A DNA stretch of 52,831 nucleotides, counting the filler, from Streblomastix strix (lineage: Eukaryota): assembly GCA_008636045.1 (NCBI GenBank). It is 3 parts of 3 records of this genome, joined end to end, with 100 filler letters (N's around TTAATTAATTAA, not from the genome) between each part and the next. Parts side by side here need not be neighbours in the genome. Positions count along the whole stretch, not along the records: positions 35,296 to 52,831 come from SNRW01000699.1; 2 more parts are not named here. One strand, given 5' to 3'. The notes beneath the pieces are model-generated. The model was not told the origin of the DNA, did not search any database, and was given only the letters and a program-made list of their open reading frames with translations. Made by a program: the position numbers and the translations under genes. This document shows positions 52,401 through 52,831 of this stretch, in pieces; the first letter of the stretch is position 1, and the number at the start of each line of letters is the position of its first letter.

Positions 52401-52696
52401 AATTATAAATCTTTTCCGTCTTTTTCTTTTCCTTTTTCAATCTATTCTTATCTTCCTCTAGTTTAACTTCTTTCTTTTTATCTTCCTTCTTTTCCTCTCT
52501 TTCCATTTATTTATTATCTTTCAGTCACTATTTAGTTCCATTCCACTTTTTGTTTCTAGTTACTATTTTATTAGTTATTATTTACTAATTTGTCTAAATT
52601 TAGATGAAGTGATATATTTTTCTGTTATAAAGGTTATTATTATAATAAAGATTATGATTGAGAAGATAATTGAGGAGGTGGAGGTGATGGATGCCT
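35296..52696 (-). CDS. Giant low-complexity (Q/N/S/E/K-rich) hypothetical protein, at least ~5,800 aa, partial at both ends
   Basis: The same minus frame gives plausible protein at each of the seven points I checked (35342, 35822, 38741, 42494, 49790, 52184, 52691). A probable splice acceptor TTTTATAG precedes 52696. I did not check every codon for TGA, and I recognised no domain. Confidence 0.75.
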
Positions 52697-52714
52697 CTAT
52701 AAAAATAAAATTAT

Positions 52715-52831
52715 TAATAGTAAGAAAAAGAGAAAAGTGATAATAAATTAAACATGCATAAACATCATCACCATCATCATCATTCTACATCAAGAGCATC
52801 AAAAACTTCTCATTAATCTCGAGCTTCTACA
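52715..52831. repeat. Terminal 117-bp perfect inverted copy of 52139-52255, probable amplification or assembly chimera
   Basis: TAATAGTAAGAAAAAGAGAAAAGTG...CTCGAGCTTCTACA is the exact reverse complement of coding sequence about 460 bp away and runs to the contig end. Confidence 0.88.

Noticed and set aside
52139..52831. Terminal inverted repeat as a hairpin end or TIR
   Set aside because: It is a perfect inverted copy of nearby coding sequence running to the contig end, typical of a whole-genome-amplification chimera or misassembly.

Overview
This is very AT-rich eukaryotic DNA that uses the ciliate-type nuclear code (TAA/TAG = Gln, TGA the only stop), so the supplied standard-code ORF track is fragmented and mostly misleading. 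The code, short GT-AG introns and giant Q/N-rich proteins suggest a metamonad such as the oxymonad Streblomastix (inference). The window is three unrelated contigs (17,555, 17,540 and 17,536 bp) joined by artificial N44-TTAATTAATTAA-N44 spacers. Contig 1 holds a partial protein-L-isoaspartate methyltransferase gene, a 2,614-aa AbpF/PVC-bacterial-like protein, a 2,322-aa protein with a Cys-rich C-terminus and a gene start. Contig 2 holds a decaying ~7.4-kb endogenous Polinton/Maverick-like virus module (major capsid, probable penton, A32-type packaging ATPase, an amphipathic protein, two paralogous small ORFs), all written in the host code. A long-TIR MITE interrupts one viral gene, a second MITE lies beside the module, and ~367-bp direct repeats bracket it. 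A pogo-type transposase relic and the 5' part of an insulysin (M16A) gene follow. Contig 3 appears to be a single >17-kb minus-strand reading frame and ends in an inverted duplication that looks like an amplification chimera.
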